Assembly: GCA_050084515.1 (NCBI GenBank)
Contig: CM114271.1
Location: forward strand, 23,932,001-23,996,000
From: Blasia pusilla
Lineage: Eukaryota
Reading direction: 5' to 3'
Length of the DNA: 64,000 nucleotides
Shown one piece after another: positions 37,501 through 51,095 of this stretch. The notes below the pieces were generated by a model that was given only the letters and a program-made list of their open reading frames with translations, was not told where the DNA came from and ran no database searches. Each line of letters starts with the position of its first letter. Position 1 is the first letter of the stretch. A program made the translations under genes and the position numbers.

Positions 37501-39643
37501 TGTTAGGAACCTCAAGAAAGCAAGATTGATACCCAGCTGCTTGTCTAGAGCGAATCTCGGGAAACGGTGCTCGCTGCCTCGTAGGGAAGGTTCGCCTGCG
37601 GCTTTGCAATCCCTCCGAGCCTTGTTCGAAACCCATCCATCCAGAGACGTGTTGACTAAGCATGATGAAGCGGCAGCTTCGAATGCGCTCACTCCGGCGG
37701 AGCGAAACGACTGAACGTGGTCTCGTCCGAAGCGCGGGGCAACACGAAGCCCAGGCAAAGCAACGAGGGGGCGCTTTCGAGGATTTCCGCCACGCGCAAG
37801 ACCTGCTTCGCGCTCTCGCCACAAGAGCATGATCAGTCGCGAAGGCACCCGGGCTTACCAATCGGGCTGTTTTCTGTTTTCCCCAGACGTCGTATGCTCC
37901 TATCCGTGGAAACATGATTCAATGTATGACATCATATGATCTAGTGACCAACCCGTGCCCTGGCCCAGACGCATTCTTTTCAATATTTTATGTCTTCCGG
38001 AAGTTTTCGACTTTGGAATTTGCGTTAGTTCGCACAGCCCCAAGCCTTCTCGAGGCCTGAAGAGAATGAATGGATACAAATCGGGGAATAATGGACGGAA
38101 AGGAGAATCCATTTCTCGAAGCGAGTGCCGCGACAGCAGAGCATGCAGAGCAAAGAGAAGACAAGAGAGCAGACATAGTCCGTGTCGCGGAGAGAGAGCA
38201 GGGGTCGAACTTCGGAAGGACAGAAGCCGAGGCGCTGCCCGTGGGAATGAATGAAATCCGGTGAATTATACAGGGGATGCTTTAGGGGGAAGGAAAGAAG
38301 GAAAGAAACTGATTTCGTTTTTCGCTTTCCCCTGGCATTTGTGAATCGGTCACAACTGGCGATCGGAAGCGGGTGGTGCAGGCGGAAAGTCAGTAGTAAA
38401 CAGCGGCACTCAGTCACTTGACTTGACTCTCAAATAAACTCCGCTTCCACGTCGCCAGAGCGCCATGTCGCCTGTCTGTCCGGCTGTGTCCTTCCGTCCC
38501 CGTAGCGGGGTGGCAGACCTTTGACTGCTTCTGACGGACGCGGACAAGTTCCAGCCCAGAGCGAGAGCGAGAGAGAGTGGAGGGAGGGATGGATTCTGAC
38601 CAGCGCCGGGTCTGCATGGACCCGGACAGCGGCGATGGCGGAGGCTACTTCCACGGGCTCTCGCTGCCTTGATTCCCTTAACTCCCGGCGGATCTCGCTT
38701 GCGGCCACTCTACCAGCGGCGAGCCGGCGACTTACGAAGGACGGCGCTTCCCCCGAATGTCACGTGGAAGATGCCAGATGCTCCCTCTCTCTTGCCCATC
38801 AGGTAAGCACTGCTCCAGTGGTCCTTCTGCCACGCCAGTGCGGACAAGCGGGACAGCCTGCCCGATTCGAAGTCCGTCGCAGGCACGGAGTGCGGAATCT
38901 GCCGTAAACGTGTACAACCAACCGGAAGAAACAGAAGAGTAGGGGGTGGAGAAGCAGAAGGAAAGGAAAAAGGAAGTCGTCGGATGAAAAGAGCCTGAGC
39001 GCACTGGGGAGAGACAGTAGTACAAACTGTACAGCAGTAGTACCGCCAACGGACTCGGCATTACGAAGTGTTGCTTTGCACAACGCACGCACAGACATAT
39101 TGTGCTGTGACTCCTGTCTTGTCTCGGTACCAGACTGGGGCGAGCGGTGGTACAGCATATATTATTTCCAGATCGGCCAGTTGGTCCCGGTTCAGTTCTG
39201 ATTCGGCTCATAAAGAGTCGTGAGAGTCCGTTCCCCGGCCGCCTTGCCGTGCCGTGCCTGAAGGGCGGTCGTCAGAAAAGGACAAGTGGCAGGCCGAACA
39301 CGCAAGTTGGAATGTGTGATGTCATCACACCAGACATGAGAAGTAGACGAGGGGAGGGTTAAGGCAAAAGCGTGAGAGAGAGAGAACCGCCGAGACAAGA
39401 AAGCTGTGGTATGTCATTGCATCACCAAAGGGATGGTTTCTTGCTACTTTTATTGATAGACGAATTGTGAAACAAAGTGCAATGGATAAACTAACGTGTC
39501 TGACAAATCTGGTCAAGAATTCCGCCGGCAGTAAGCACGCTCTGCTAAGTGACATGTCTGAATCGAATCGAACCGAGTGAAGGACACAGCTAAAGTGTAA
39601 TCTACAAAAATACATCATCTGAGCCCGTGTAAGGTCAAGTGAA

Positions 39644-39673
39644 TGACTGACTGACTGACTGACTGACTGACTG
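39644..39673. repeat. (TGAC)~7 microsatellite
   Basis: Direct reading. Confidence 0.9.
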
Positions 39674-39969
39674 CTATACTTACAACACTAGATTTTAACA
39701 TCAGGTGGCTGCTTTCTTCCCAAGGTTATGGGGTCTAAACTGCGTATTCAGAGAACCAGTGAATGTACTGGCCACCAACTTTCCCACCTCTCAACGGAAA
39801 GCAAAAAAAATAGTTGATTTCCCACTGCAGGGGATTGACTACGAACACCTCTTATCATGGGTCTCTTCTTCTTCTTTTCTTCTTCTTCTTCTCTTCTTCT
39901 CCTCCCCCTTCATGCTTTCTTCCTCTTCACATATACATTGGCTGCAGAACTGTCTAAAATTTCGCGTCT

Positions 39970-41352
39970 TCATCTCTGAGGATCGCACATGTCTGGGTCC
40001 TCTACTGGGTTTGGAGACACTGGACAGCTTGGCATCATTGATGGTTGGGTTTGTGGAACAGTGGGTTGCTGTTCTCTTTGCCGTCGCATTTCAAGGATCT
40101 TCTTATGGGAATTAGAGTGCTTATGGCCGATGTACCCAGGACTTCCCGCGGGCCTGTACTCGGGGAGAAGCCTGCCCGACTTGAAACGGACACCGCAGGC
40201 ATTACACAGAGTTTTGGGACCCATTGGACCCGCTCTCCATTGAGGAGTTCGCTGCGTCGAACAGTGCATACATCTCCATGGTTGTGTTGCATCCTGCCCC
40301 TTCTTCCCAGTCTTGCCTGCTTTCCATGGTTTCTTCGAAGTGGAAACGGCTTTCGGCATTATCATGGCCACGGCTTGGCTGTCCACGGAAAGAGACTGAG
40401 AAGATGAGTGCGCACCGGTTTCGGCATTGGAGTCGGAGGACAACGAATCCGTATCATTAGCCGAATTGCTCGAGGTAGAAAGAATGCGAGCTGAAGTGCC
40501 CCACACCCGCCCACCTGTCCGAGCCCTCTTGCTTCGTGCACGCCCGCGCACGGACAATTCTCGACAAAGATTACCCGCCCTTTCCGAACTAGCGCTGCTT
40601 TCTAACACAGATACAGGACTCGCACTTTGGAAACGGTCTCGGTCCTTGTTAGAATAGGACTCAATCTGCGTGTCAGTGCTGACGCTAAGTCCGCCCGAAC
40701 TCGTCAAGGGCTTCGCTGCTTCCCCCATGGAAAACGACTCTTCGACAAATTTGGAGAGCCACTCCAGCTCAGCTAAATCGTCACACTGGCACACACAGGC
40801 AACGGAAGCGCTGTGTGAGCGTAACATTCTCAACAATAAAGAACCCCAGCTCTGCATACTGCGCAAGGCCAGCCACAGAAGTAAAATTGTAAACAAACTG
40901 CAAGAATCCCCTCGAGGTATAAGACGACGAACACTATCAAGGGACTGCTTCTGTGCATAGCATGGGGTTAATTGCGCGCCATGGGCGAATGCCGGGCGTA
41001 CAGAGCCGCATACAATGGCGAGGGCAGTAGGACTCGCTACTGCGCGCGCACAACTCTATTCACTGCCATGTCTGTACAGCTCTTCATTTAGGAATAACGA
41101 ACTTACAGGCACGCAAAGGTCTCCCGCTACGTGCTCGTCTCCATCCAACATGTGTTTAGTCCCTGTGAGTGAGGGACTGCCAGTAGTGCTGACGGTTTCA
41201 GCCCCACTAATCATCGAGTCCAGGCCCGACAGCAAACCTTCACCTATCGGCCCAGCAATGTCCTCATTTGAAAAGTCCAGTAAATCATCAATGTGAAACG
41301 CATCTCCCATGATGACTGGACCTGCACCCGCGAATGTGCTTTGAACCTCCAT
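39970..41352 (-). CDS. GATA: Class A plant GATA zinc-finger transcription factor (exons 41352-41107 and 40785-39970; 353 aa)
   Basis: [92 protein letters not shown]...[12 protein letters not shown]. Phase-0 GT-AG intron; probable 5'UTR intron acceptor at 41361-41363. Confidence 0.95.
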
Positions 41353-42456
41353 TCCACCACCTGTACATTGTTACAGAAACGACATCAGCCACTACAACTT
41401 TCGCGAGCGAGATTTCTCACAAAGCCATCCCAATTTTCCGCGTCACTGCCGCAGACGCAAAAATTTCGCAAGCTGGAAATTGTCCGAAACTCTTACTTTA
41501 CACAAACGGCTTCAATGTGAATGACACAGCGAGAGAAACATCACTACTACGAAAGTTTCAAAAACGTAGGCAAAGCTGTATTCACTTCAAATGGGTAAAA
41601 TTCGATAGGTCGACAGCATGAACCGATACGGTTCGTGACTGCTCGGGTGGCTTCCATGAACGTCTCCAACTCTACATAAGACGTAATGTGGATAGTTGGT
41701 CTATGTATGGTTGATGCTCTGGCTGTTTTGGCCGGTGATGTTAAGAAGGATATAGGACACTAATGTGAGAAGATGGATGGCTCCAGATAGTGGACTCTTG
41801 TTTCTGAATTAAGCGTTTGGTATGCTACATGTTTCATTAGCCGGAGGTCAAACCCATTCTTCGGGTGCAAGGAGGAGCGACGTTGCTCCACAAATTGCTA
41901 ATGATACCTACGCGAACCACCCTCGAAACCTCTAACGCGTGGGCAGGAGCTCTTGGACATGCGGCATTACTCTCCACGTGCAGCGTTGGCGACCGAATCA
42001 CTAAGGCCCCTGCACGAAAGAGACTTCATGATGCCCGGAGCGACAATGCATCACACCGCTCTTCAATCAGGCTAGCAGAAACTGTACATTCTTCGTCTAG
42101 TTACACCAAGCTTTCCGACCCCCGAAATCCTGTGTCGTAATCCCTCTTCGTGCCTACGAATACTAGACTTCTAAGCTCTGCAACCTCGTTTGTAATCTGT
42201 CTGCGTGAGTGAAACAGAGCATGTACATGCTATTTTTCAGCACACCAAGGACAGTGAGCGCAAATAATTGGTGATGAGTGTCGTACATGAAATGTTGTAG
42301 ACCAGCGACGGGTTAAGTTTCGAGTCCAATGAGCAGCTCCTTCAGAAAGAACTAGTGAAGGTTGTGAAACGGGACCGCGAGCGCGACTCGTGATACTGGT
42401 TTATAGACTCTGGAACTCACACCGTACGAAATGAAGCTAGAGTCCCAGCAGAGGCA

Positions 42457-42513
42457 GAAGAAGAAGAAGAAGAAGAAGAAGAAGAAGAAGAAGAAGAAGA
42501 AGAAGAAGAAGAA
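42457..42513. repeat. (GAA)19 microsatellite, probably in the GATA 5' leader
   Basis: Direct reading; lies about 1.1 kb upstream of the GATA ATG. Confidence 0.9.
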
Positions 42514-45500
42514 GCAGCAGCGGAGGAGAAACGTACGTCTTATTAAATTGAAACTTGGCAGGGAAGTCTCGCCCGCAGAAGTGCAGTAGAAATGACGGAG
42601 TCTCAAGGGGAGATAGGACAGAGAGGAAGAAGGGTGTCGCTGAAGGGTTCAAAGGCAGTGCCTCAAGCACCAAATGCATACATACGCTGAGTGTGCGAGA
42701 TCAATGTCGCTCAGTCCACACAGCGGAACAAAGGTTCATCCTGAAACGAGGCTTGCGGAGTCAATGCGGATGGTCAAGAGCAGATGACAAGGGGAGGACA
42801 GAGGAATTGAAGGCAGACTCTAGAGGAGAAGGGGAGAGAAAGAGAGATGCGAGCGAGCGAGCGAGCAAACAGGAATGGAACAAAACACAGGTAATGCTCG
42901 GGAGGGTAGGGCGAGGCAATACAAGCTGCCCCGGGCAGGGCTGCAGAAAAAGTGGAGGGGGCGAGAAAGCACAAGGCAGGGGCCTAAACAGAGACGGTTC
43001 GTGTTAAGTCCGCCTCAGTGATTGTGTAAGTAAGTACACAGTAGTGTGCGCGCGAGCGACTATCGCCGGACGCGCTATGCTGTGCTGGAAGCAGAGGATG
43101 CTTTGGCGCAGAGACGCACAGAAGGCGCTCACATGTCTCGGCTCCGAGACGGGACGGGACGCTGCTACAGACAAGTCCCCCCTCCCTCCTGCTAGGCTAT
43201 CATAGGCGAAATCCTTGCCGACGATCTCCCCCGCTTCAGCAGCACTACCCGAAAGCGAGCTCCAGTGCGCTCCGTCATTGCAGAGTGACTCTCTACGCTA
43301 CTCACCCGAGTTTCCGACTGCAGACTGTGTTCGGAACTACCTGTCGGCTACGTGCGCGACGTGTGCTAAACCTCCTACACAGCGTGCGCGATCCGGCCCT
43401 CGCATGCGAGTGAGTGGCCTCGCCGACCCTGACGTGCGTGCACGCTCATGCCGAGACCCGAGCCGAGCCTTCGCGCCCCTCAAGCATAACGAAGCATCGT
43501 AAAATATTCCCCGTCACCACTGGAGACCTCGCCCCGTCCCATCACCCCTCCCCCCGCCCCTGCCACCCCCTCCGCCGTTGCCGTTCCTCCCTCCCCGTCC
43601 GCTTCCCTGCACACCCGCTCTGCGATATCCCGTCTCGTCGCTTCTCTCCGGCTCGGCTCGGCTCGTCTTGTCTCGTCGCACCGCGACCCCGCGCACTCGC
43701 CAGCCGACGTGGCAGGGCCCAGCGAGTCGCAGCCTGGCATATACGGCACACGACGTGGTGGAATGACAGTGATTGGCTGCTTGCATTCACCGAGTTGTAC
43801 AGTTGTAACCACCGCCCCCCTCGTCTTACGGCCACCCCTTGTTGTTCCTCTTGGCATCGTCGCTGCTAAATCACCCTCCACATCTGGTCGCCGCTAAACT
43901 GCTCCCCCGAAACGCGACCGCGGAACTGTATAGTCGTCGGCTGTAATGATGCGCCTTTTTGGTCCGATATCCAGCCAGCATTATGCGTTCGAGTGTTGGT
44001 GGGCTTCGTGCGCTTTGAGGCATTTTCTCGCTCCGCTTCATTTAATGGCCGATCCCGTTGATTACAGCCTCCACCGTCACGGGGATTGCGCCGTTGCTCT
44101 TCTCCCACTCTTAAAAGGCGAATCCACATGGCTGTCGCTACTGTGGGTTTTGCGATCTGTCAGAGTGACGGAGCCAGGACCTGCGACCGACCGAATTCCT
44201 CTGCGTTCCGACCCAACTTTCCATGATCTAGACTTCCACAATGTCACCCTGCTCCGTTCGAACTTACGCCCATTGATTCAACTTCTTGTTGCATTATTTT
44301 CGAAAAGTGGAGAGACCTGCCATTTGTTCGATGTGGCCATCTGGAATTCAAATATTGGCGAGTGCTATTCTCCTCCACAGCCCTACCGAACCCACACCGA
44401 GAAAAATAGTTTACAATTTAGATAGAGGGGAGAAATTTTCGTTTTTCCTCCAGAGATGAAACTTTTCACAAAACTTAATAATTAAAAAAATAAATTCACT
44501 GCGACTACAGAAATCTTGACTTACTGCAGTTGCCGAACCGAGGAAGGTAGCCATCTCAAACTAAGTGAGAAAACTCTCTTTCCATTCTCTTATATTATTT
44601 TCCATAAAAAATAATCGCGTAAGTTTTCACTCCACATACAGACAGATCTGAGACGCCCTAATAATAGACTACCAACATCAAATCCTTATCCAAATGCCAA
44701 AATCGGAAACCAATTTCCGTGGCTCCGACTCGTATCGTATGGAGAAAAACATATTCGCCATTCGCGAGCCCTGAATTCGCGTTTCATCCGCCTATTGGCG
44801 GTTTGTAGCACTTGAGACTCCCTTCGCTCCGATCGTCCGAGCCGGTCAGACATGAAACTCCGGAGAGCACCCGGTCGAAGTCAACACGTGCTCACACTGT
44901 GCTTTTTCCCTCGCGACGACGACTTGCTATAACGGGTAACGGGGGATCGAAAACTATGCTCTGGCAGGTCAGCCTCTAGACTACAATCGCGAATAGCAAA
45001 CTGCATTCCCGTAACTTACAACGCTCGCATAAATTCAAGTCGTAAGTTTGGGGCGCCTTATAACTAGTGGGGTCATTTTTCTATATATGGTAAATGTGAC
45101 GTACCCCACGGGACTGGAGTAGCATAAACAGATAAGATTCCACATTGTGTGGGACTTAAGATGGTTCAATTTTAGGTCTGGTGTCTTAGATAGGGCTAGG
45201 AAAGAGTTATAAATCCTTTAAGGGTTAGTCGTTGGGTGAAGTAAATATCAAATTGCATAAATTGTGTTGCATGTCATGTTAAATCCTTATCATTTTTTTG
45301 CACTATTCCACTATTTTTTTCCCTTAATTACTAAGGGGGTGCACATTATTTAATCTAACAACTGTTTTACGGTTCAAAGGATCATGTAGCATGTTATTAG
45401 TTTTAGTGTTCAGATTAATCTATTTTTCTAGGTTATATTTGGGGTTTATTTTATACTAGGGGATGCTTTGGGCAATGCATGCGGAATGGTGGGTGATTCA

Positions 45501-46808
45501 AATTACCTTTCGTCACTCTAAAATTGTGACCCAATAACTTGACCAACCCCGAAAATCGACTCTTGAGTGACCATAAGATGTGTGGGGCATGTGGCAAGAT
45601 GGCATTGGTCAAAATTTTCAGATGTCGAAATCTCTTCCGAGCATCGAAAGACGAGGTTCTAGAATACTAGTATAGATTAGGAAAGGAGAGATACATACAT
45701 GACTAATACTAACCATAAAATCAACTGAATTCTTGGTTTTTTGTGTCATCTACTAAAGGAAGTTAACTTGTGGATTTGCAGATGTCTATCCAATTGAAAA
45801 AATTTTAAATCGTACGAGAGGTAAGATTTTTTTTGGAAATTTTGGGAATAATAAATTTTGGACACAAGTGCCATATTAATAAGAAATGCATAGTGACCAC
45901 GCTAAGTATTGTATTGACTTCCAAATTATACTATTTGCAAACTAGTGGCAATCATGATTACCACTATCTTTTTATGCATTTACATTTACATCTATTGTAA
46001 TATAAGGTGAACTATTTTTCAAACGAACTTCAATTTATGATTTGTTCTAGTTGAAGAACTTGTAGTTACCAACTTACCTTAACTTTGAGAAATTTTTTGA
46101 ATGCAAGGGGTCATTTCAATGAGAATCCTTTGGTCCAAGACTCTCAATGTGATATGAGTTATGAGTGCATAGTAATTTGATGTGCGCATCCTTTATTTAT
46201 AAATTGAATTTACTCATAAATAGTTTTTTTCTCTCTCTTCTTCAAATGATCCCGTCTTCCATTAAAATATGTGGTTATCCAGAGTGCACTCCATATATCA
46301 AACTTGAACTCACCTAAAGTGTGCACACCATCCATTTACAAAGCAACGTCATTCTAAATACAAATAATTCCTTCTTGAAATAGCCCCTCTTCTGCAATGG
46401 ATACTATAAATCTCTTCTTGTCAAACACAACGGCTTCTTGAAGACTTATTCCTCAAAATATGTTCTTGAGAAAAAGTTATACTCGTTTCCGTTTTTTATT
46501 CGAAAATACTCCCTGAAAGTCCCGAGACTGAAATCCCTGACATGTTAGACGTCTACAAAATTGATCGAATAATCGAACGCACGTCAATAATTGCTAACAT
46601 AAAAAAATGACGGAGACAAATTCGTCATAGTGAAGTTACATATTCTTAATCTAAATCTAAAGATTGGTCAATTAATTAATCATTCAATATTATTTTCGAT
46701 AGTTTTTCTTCTACCCTAAGCTGGCTGACTTTTTTTTCGCACACCCTACGAACTCCGCTAGTGTCTATTCTAGAATGGCCTATGACCTCCAAAAATATTA
46801 ATTTTCAA

Positions 46809-47357
46809 CATCTCTTCTCGCCTTCTTCTACTGGAAAAGAACAAAGATGCACTTCGATAAAAACGAGTGATGGAAAACCCATCGAAGTACAAAAGAGGGG
46901 ACTCAAAGAGTCAAAACCTGAAGGCCACAACACTACTGAAAAGGAAGAAGGGGCATTCCCCCTAACGATTTAAACTCACCAACAAAGCCCAGAGACAATA
47001 TCAAAGAACAACAAGAGAGCTATGACTACTACTAAGTGGGCCTCTAGGCGGGCGTCTCCCACCCCGAGCCGGCCAAAATCCCATTAGCCGGGCACGCCTG
47101 CAACGCTATGGAGACCGGCCGCCTACTGAATCGCAGAGCTAAGGACAACCCATTTCTCGAGTGGAGATGATTCCGTGAACGAAGTCGAACCTCTCCCCCA
47201 TAGCCCCATACATCTTGGCGGGGGATGAAGATGTGTCCTCGTGTAGTCGAAGATATGTCTTCTTTCGCCTTGGGCCACCAATGTGGACTACCAACTGGAA
47301 GCGAGGTAACACGCCCAAAGCCGAACCCTCTAACACCCCCCCGCCATCTATCTCCAC
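46809..47357 (-). mobile_element. 5'-truncated CRE-like LINE fragment
   Basis: HIFIP...HLHSRNGLSLAL...VSIALQ matches the endonuclease tail of 58493-58984 and shares its 3'UTR. Possible 16-bp TSD AAATATT(A/C)ATTTTCAA at 46793-46808 and 47358-47373. Confidence 0.65.
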
Positions 47358-50300
47358 AAATATTCATTTTCAAAAGTTTTTCTTAATCTAAGTGAGGTAA
47401 CATTTTACTCCCACACACAACGCACACTCTAGCACCCCCCCTTAGTATATACCGGACGAAATACGGCTCTATGATATAGAGGGGTAGCGCATAACGGTAG
47501 GGTGAGGAGGGAGGGGAGCGATCGAATCATCGAAAGAGTGATTGATTGATTGATTGGGTGGAGTGATTGATGCAGTCTCAATCGGAAAATGGGCTCCATT
47601 AATGGTACCGGAACATTCTTTTATTTCTCTCAAATGATTTTTCCCGGGGCCGAGGGTGCCAGTAGAAAGGCGACCTCCTCACATGGCTCTCATCTCTGCG
47701 TCCTACTTATGGTTGCCTAAAGGCGCGGGGATGGATCTCTCGCACCAACCCGGGCGGGCACTACATGCGGTGTGGGGTTAGCACAACCCCGCTTCACATG
47801 TTCCCTCCCTCCCTCCCTCGGGTCACTTTCTCACTCTACTCCCTGCCCTGACTGAACCCACCGTAGGGCCTCTCCATAAGACTTTGTGTGCTACGGCTTG
47901 CAGTTACGGCAGTGGTCCTCCCCGTGGAACCCTAAATGCCTCACCACCACCTGGCTCCCTAGTCATGGGAAGAGGACGTCACATTCCTGCTTGTCGCTAC
48001 GGGTTGCGATCCTTACTCGTTGTCGCCGGCGTTTACCCTGAGTAATAAATTTTGAAAACAGGAAGGAATCGCAAACGTAAACCTTTACGGGGAATGAAAT
48101 TCGAAACATCCGAACTGTGACTTGAGACGCCCTACTTTCTCTATTTCCCGCCTCCACCGCGGGTTCAAACCGGTCCACTGCTGCTGCCATGGTTGAGTTT
48201 AGTGCGATGTCCACCTGGCAGGCGATTCCGGGCAGGTGAGGGTCCACCTGGTGGAAACTTGGGAAGAGCCCATAATCACCTTGTTCCTGTGTCCGCCCTT
48301 TTCGTTGCCATCTGTCGTCCACTGACGTGACTCACCGCCTTTCTGCCCTTTGCGAACAAGTCTCCGTGCGCTTCCCGTAGAGCCATGGCGAGTTCATCTC
48401 TCCCTCCAGTAGGCGGGTCTAAAAAGAGGAGTTAGGATGTTCCTTACGGGTTAATTTATCATTCTTTTTAGATAGGGGATGGTATATTTTCCGGGTCGTT
48501 TTATGGAGGTGGATGATGTTTGGATTACGGGTTAGGATATGGCATGCGTTCATTATTTTTATATTTATTATTATGTTGTCGCAACTTAGTGGTATTTCCT
48601 AGCTACAATCAAAGGTTTTACTAATTCGTGTTTGGAGGTTTCTACGAGCACGACATGCATTTTTTTCTCCCATGGGACGTGACCGGGGGTCTTCAATTTC
48701 TCAGTACAACCAATGAAGAATTTCCAAACATTTTGAAATAAAAAGGTAGGCGAGAAAACGATCTTACTCTAAAAATTTAGAGAAAAACTACTATCTTCAT
48801 ATTTTTCATGGAGAAAAAGTTCCCTTTGAACACATGAGTTTCTTAAAAGAACCCATCGACGTCCATTTCTTCACAGTATGCAACAAACACTACCAAGTAG
48901 ACCCGTCATACCCATCCTCATTTATTACGTTTTAATATCTCTACATTGTTATGCAACGTGATCCTTCATACGAGGAAAAGATCCTATTTTTCCGATTCCA
49001 AATTCCTGTTTTTTAATGACTTTTGAATTCTTTGTAAAAACATTTACTCGTGTAACGCTAGGTGGAAGAACTTCTTGGGTGACACCTGTTGCGTCCGTCG
49101 TTACACAACAAATGGTCTCCACGGGTCCCCATAAACAACCGATCGACAAGAATCCATGACTCGTCTCTCCATTGCGATGGTCCCTCTCCCTTCATCGACC
49201 TTTGATATTGACCGTTTGGGTTTCACACATCGTCAAGAAGTTTAGAGACGATTTTAAATGGACACTCGCGCCATTGATGATCCACATGACTCGACAAATC
49301 TACCAAAAACTCATACCTCAAGAAATGCCGGAGATTTGTGGAGCTCATATCTATGTGACTAGACCAATCCGCCAAAGATGGTGACTATGGACTCGGACTT
49401 GGTGAGACCTTGGACGCTTCCTCATGAAGTCATGCTATGGAGGAAATGGAGAGCTTATGCAAACGATCAATCTCGATAAAAGCACTTCGGAATCGGCATC
49501 AATCTTGAGGCGAACGCACAAAACCATTTGCTGCTGCTGCTGCTGCCACAATCGAAGACCATAGAGCATTCAATCCCTTGCGATCGTGCAAATTACTCTA
49601 TTTTCCGTAATCAATTCTTTCTTGACTTCGTCTTAAGGCCTTGGAACTTCTTCAAGGTCGCCTCCAACGCCCGAGTGACACCTGTTCCAAGGGATGCTGG
49701 TGCCGTGTCGTAAAGTGGTTTAGCAGTATATTACATTTCTTCAAAAATAGTTTTATATGGTTAGCCTAGTATAATCTTTTTTGCCCACTAGGGATATTGA
49801 ATGCATGAATATCTTTTGGAGTAAAGTCCGAACACATGTGGTTTCGGGTGTTAAAAAAATCATGTTCAATATTTTAATAAAGAATAAATAATCTGGAAAT
49901 CTTAGAACTTTAAAGTCATATTTTTCAGAATTTTAATATCATTATTAAATTGAATTACAACTTAAGAAAATAAATATTAGAGTATCTTACATTCCACTCT
50001 GCCCAAAACAATTCTCTCCTTTTGAGAATTTCGCACTATGGAGGGTACTTTTCTCATAATTCGTCACACATTCATGGCACTGGAACTCAACACGTGGTAT
50101 TCTCCTTGCGAGCATACATAACCGAAAAGAAAAGTACACCGAGAGAATGAGATTTTAATAAAAGGAAGGAGTAAAGAAACTAATCGCCAAAAAAATAGGA
50201 ATGACAGAATCCAAAAGAGTAAACGAACAAATAGTGAAAGGCTAAGGTGTGGGCATAACATGCGGAAACAAAAACAATATTCCCACTGTACTTTTATTCA

Positions 50301-50954
50301 CTTACGACAACAAGAAACGGTATGGTAATGGATTAAAAATTATTGTTTGGAAATTAAAAAATGCAAAACATTTCCCCCAAAAATATTTATTGATTTTTTT
50401 TTCTGCTCAAAAGTATATGTGTCATATTCTAAAAATGTGAAATATAAGAAAAAACCTCCTTGACCAATAAATTGGCAATAATCATCATCTGGTTGAAATG
50501 GCCCTTGAAATCCTTAATCAACGCTTAAATAAAAGAGGTAGAAAATCCAAAATTTCTTGGACTAGAAATTTTGAAATAAAATTTCTTTTCACACCTAATA
50601 TAATAATACTATGTATATATTTCATATTTTAGAATCGTCACCATCTATATATTAATATATCTTCTCTAAGATGTAGACAGGGCACGGTTTGAAAAACAAT
50701 TATGAATTTTTTTGGCTTTGGATTCGGATTCCCATATAGACAAGAAATTAGTAGACTTTATATCATTGATGGGATGACCAAAGGAAAATTCAGGATTCAA
50801 TACTTGGGAAGTACTCGGAAAAAGTCATTTAACATTCGCATTATGCCAAACCTTGATACAAATGCCACCGTAAGACACATGTTCTTTTTCAAAGTCATAT
50901 GGCTTCATCTCTTCAACTCTATCTCCTCAAGAATTTCAAGTTAGAGTCCTTTTA

Positions 50955-51095
50955 ACTTGGTGAGTTTGGTCGTACAGGGGGGAAGGCCCCTTCTGTCTCT
51001 TCAGGGCCGGTTTTGGCCTGCGGATTTTTGGCTTTCTATGCCCCCCCTCCCTCTTTGTATCCTGAAGGGTTTTCCATCAAAGTTTCTATCAGAGT
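50955..51095 (+). mobile_element. 3'UTR-only fragment of the same CRE-like family
   Basis: TTGGTGAGTTT..CGT..GGGGGAAGGCCCCTTCT...CCCTCTTTGTA...GGGTTTTCCATCA aligns with the reverse complement of about 46865-46985. Confidence 0.6.

Noticed and set aside
42352-42679. Poly-Phe and poly-Leu ORFs
   Set aside because: They are translations of the (GAA)19 microsatellite.
47949-47961. CCTGGCTCCCT resembling miR160 (also TTGGACTGAAG near 35918 resembling miR319)
   Set aside because: Only 11-nt matches and no precursor hairpin was seen.
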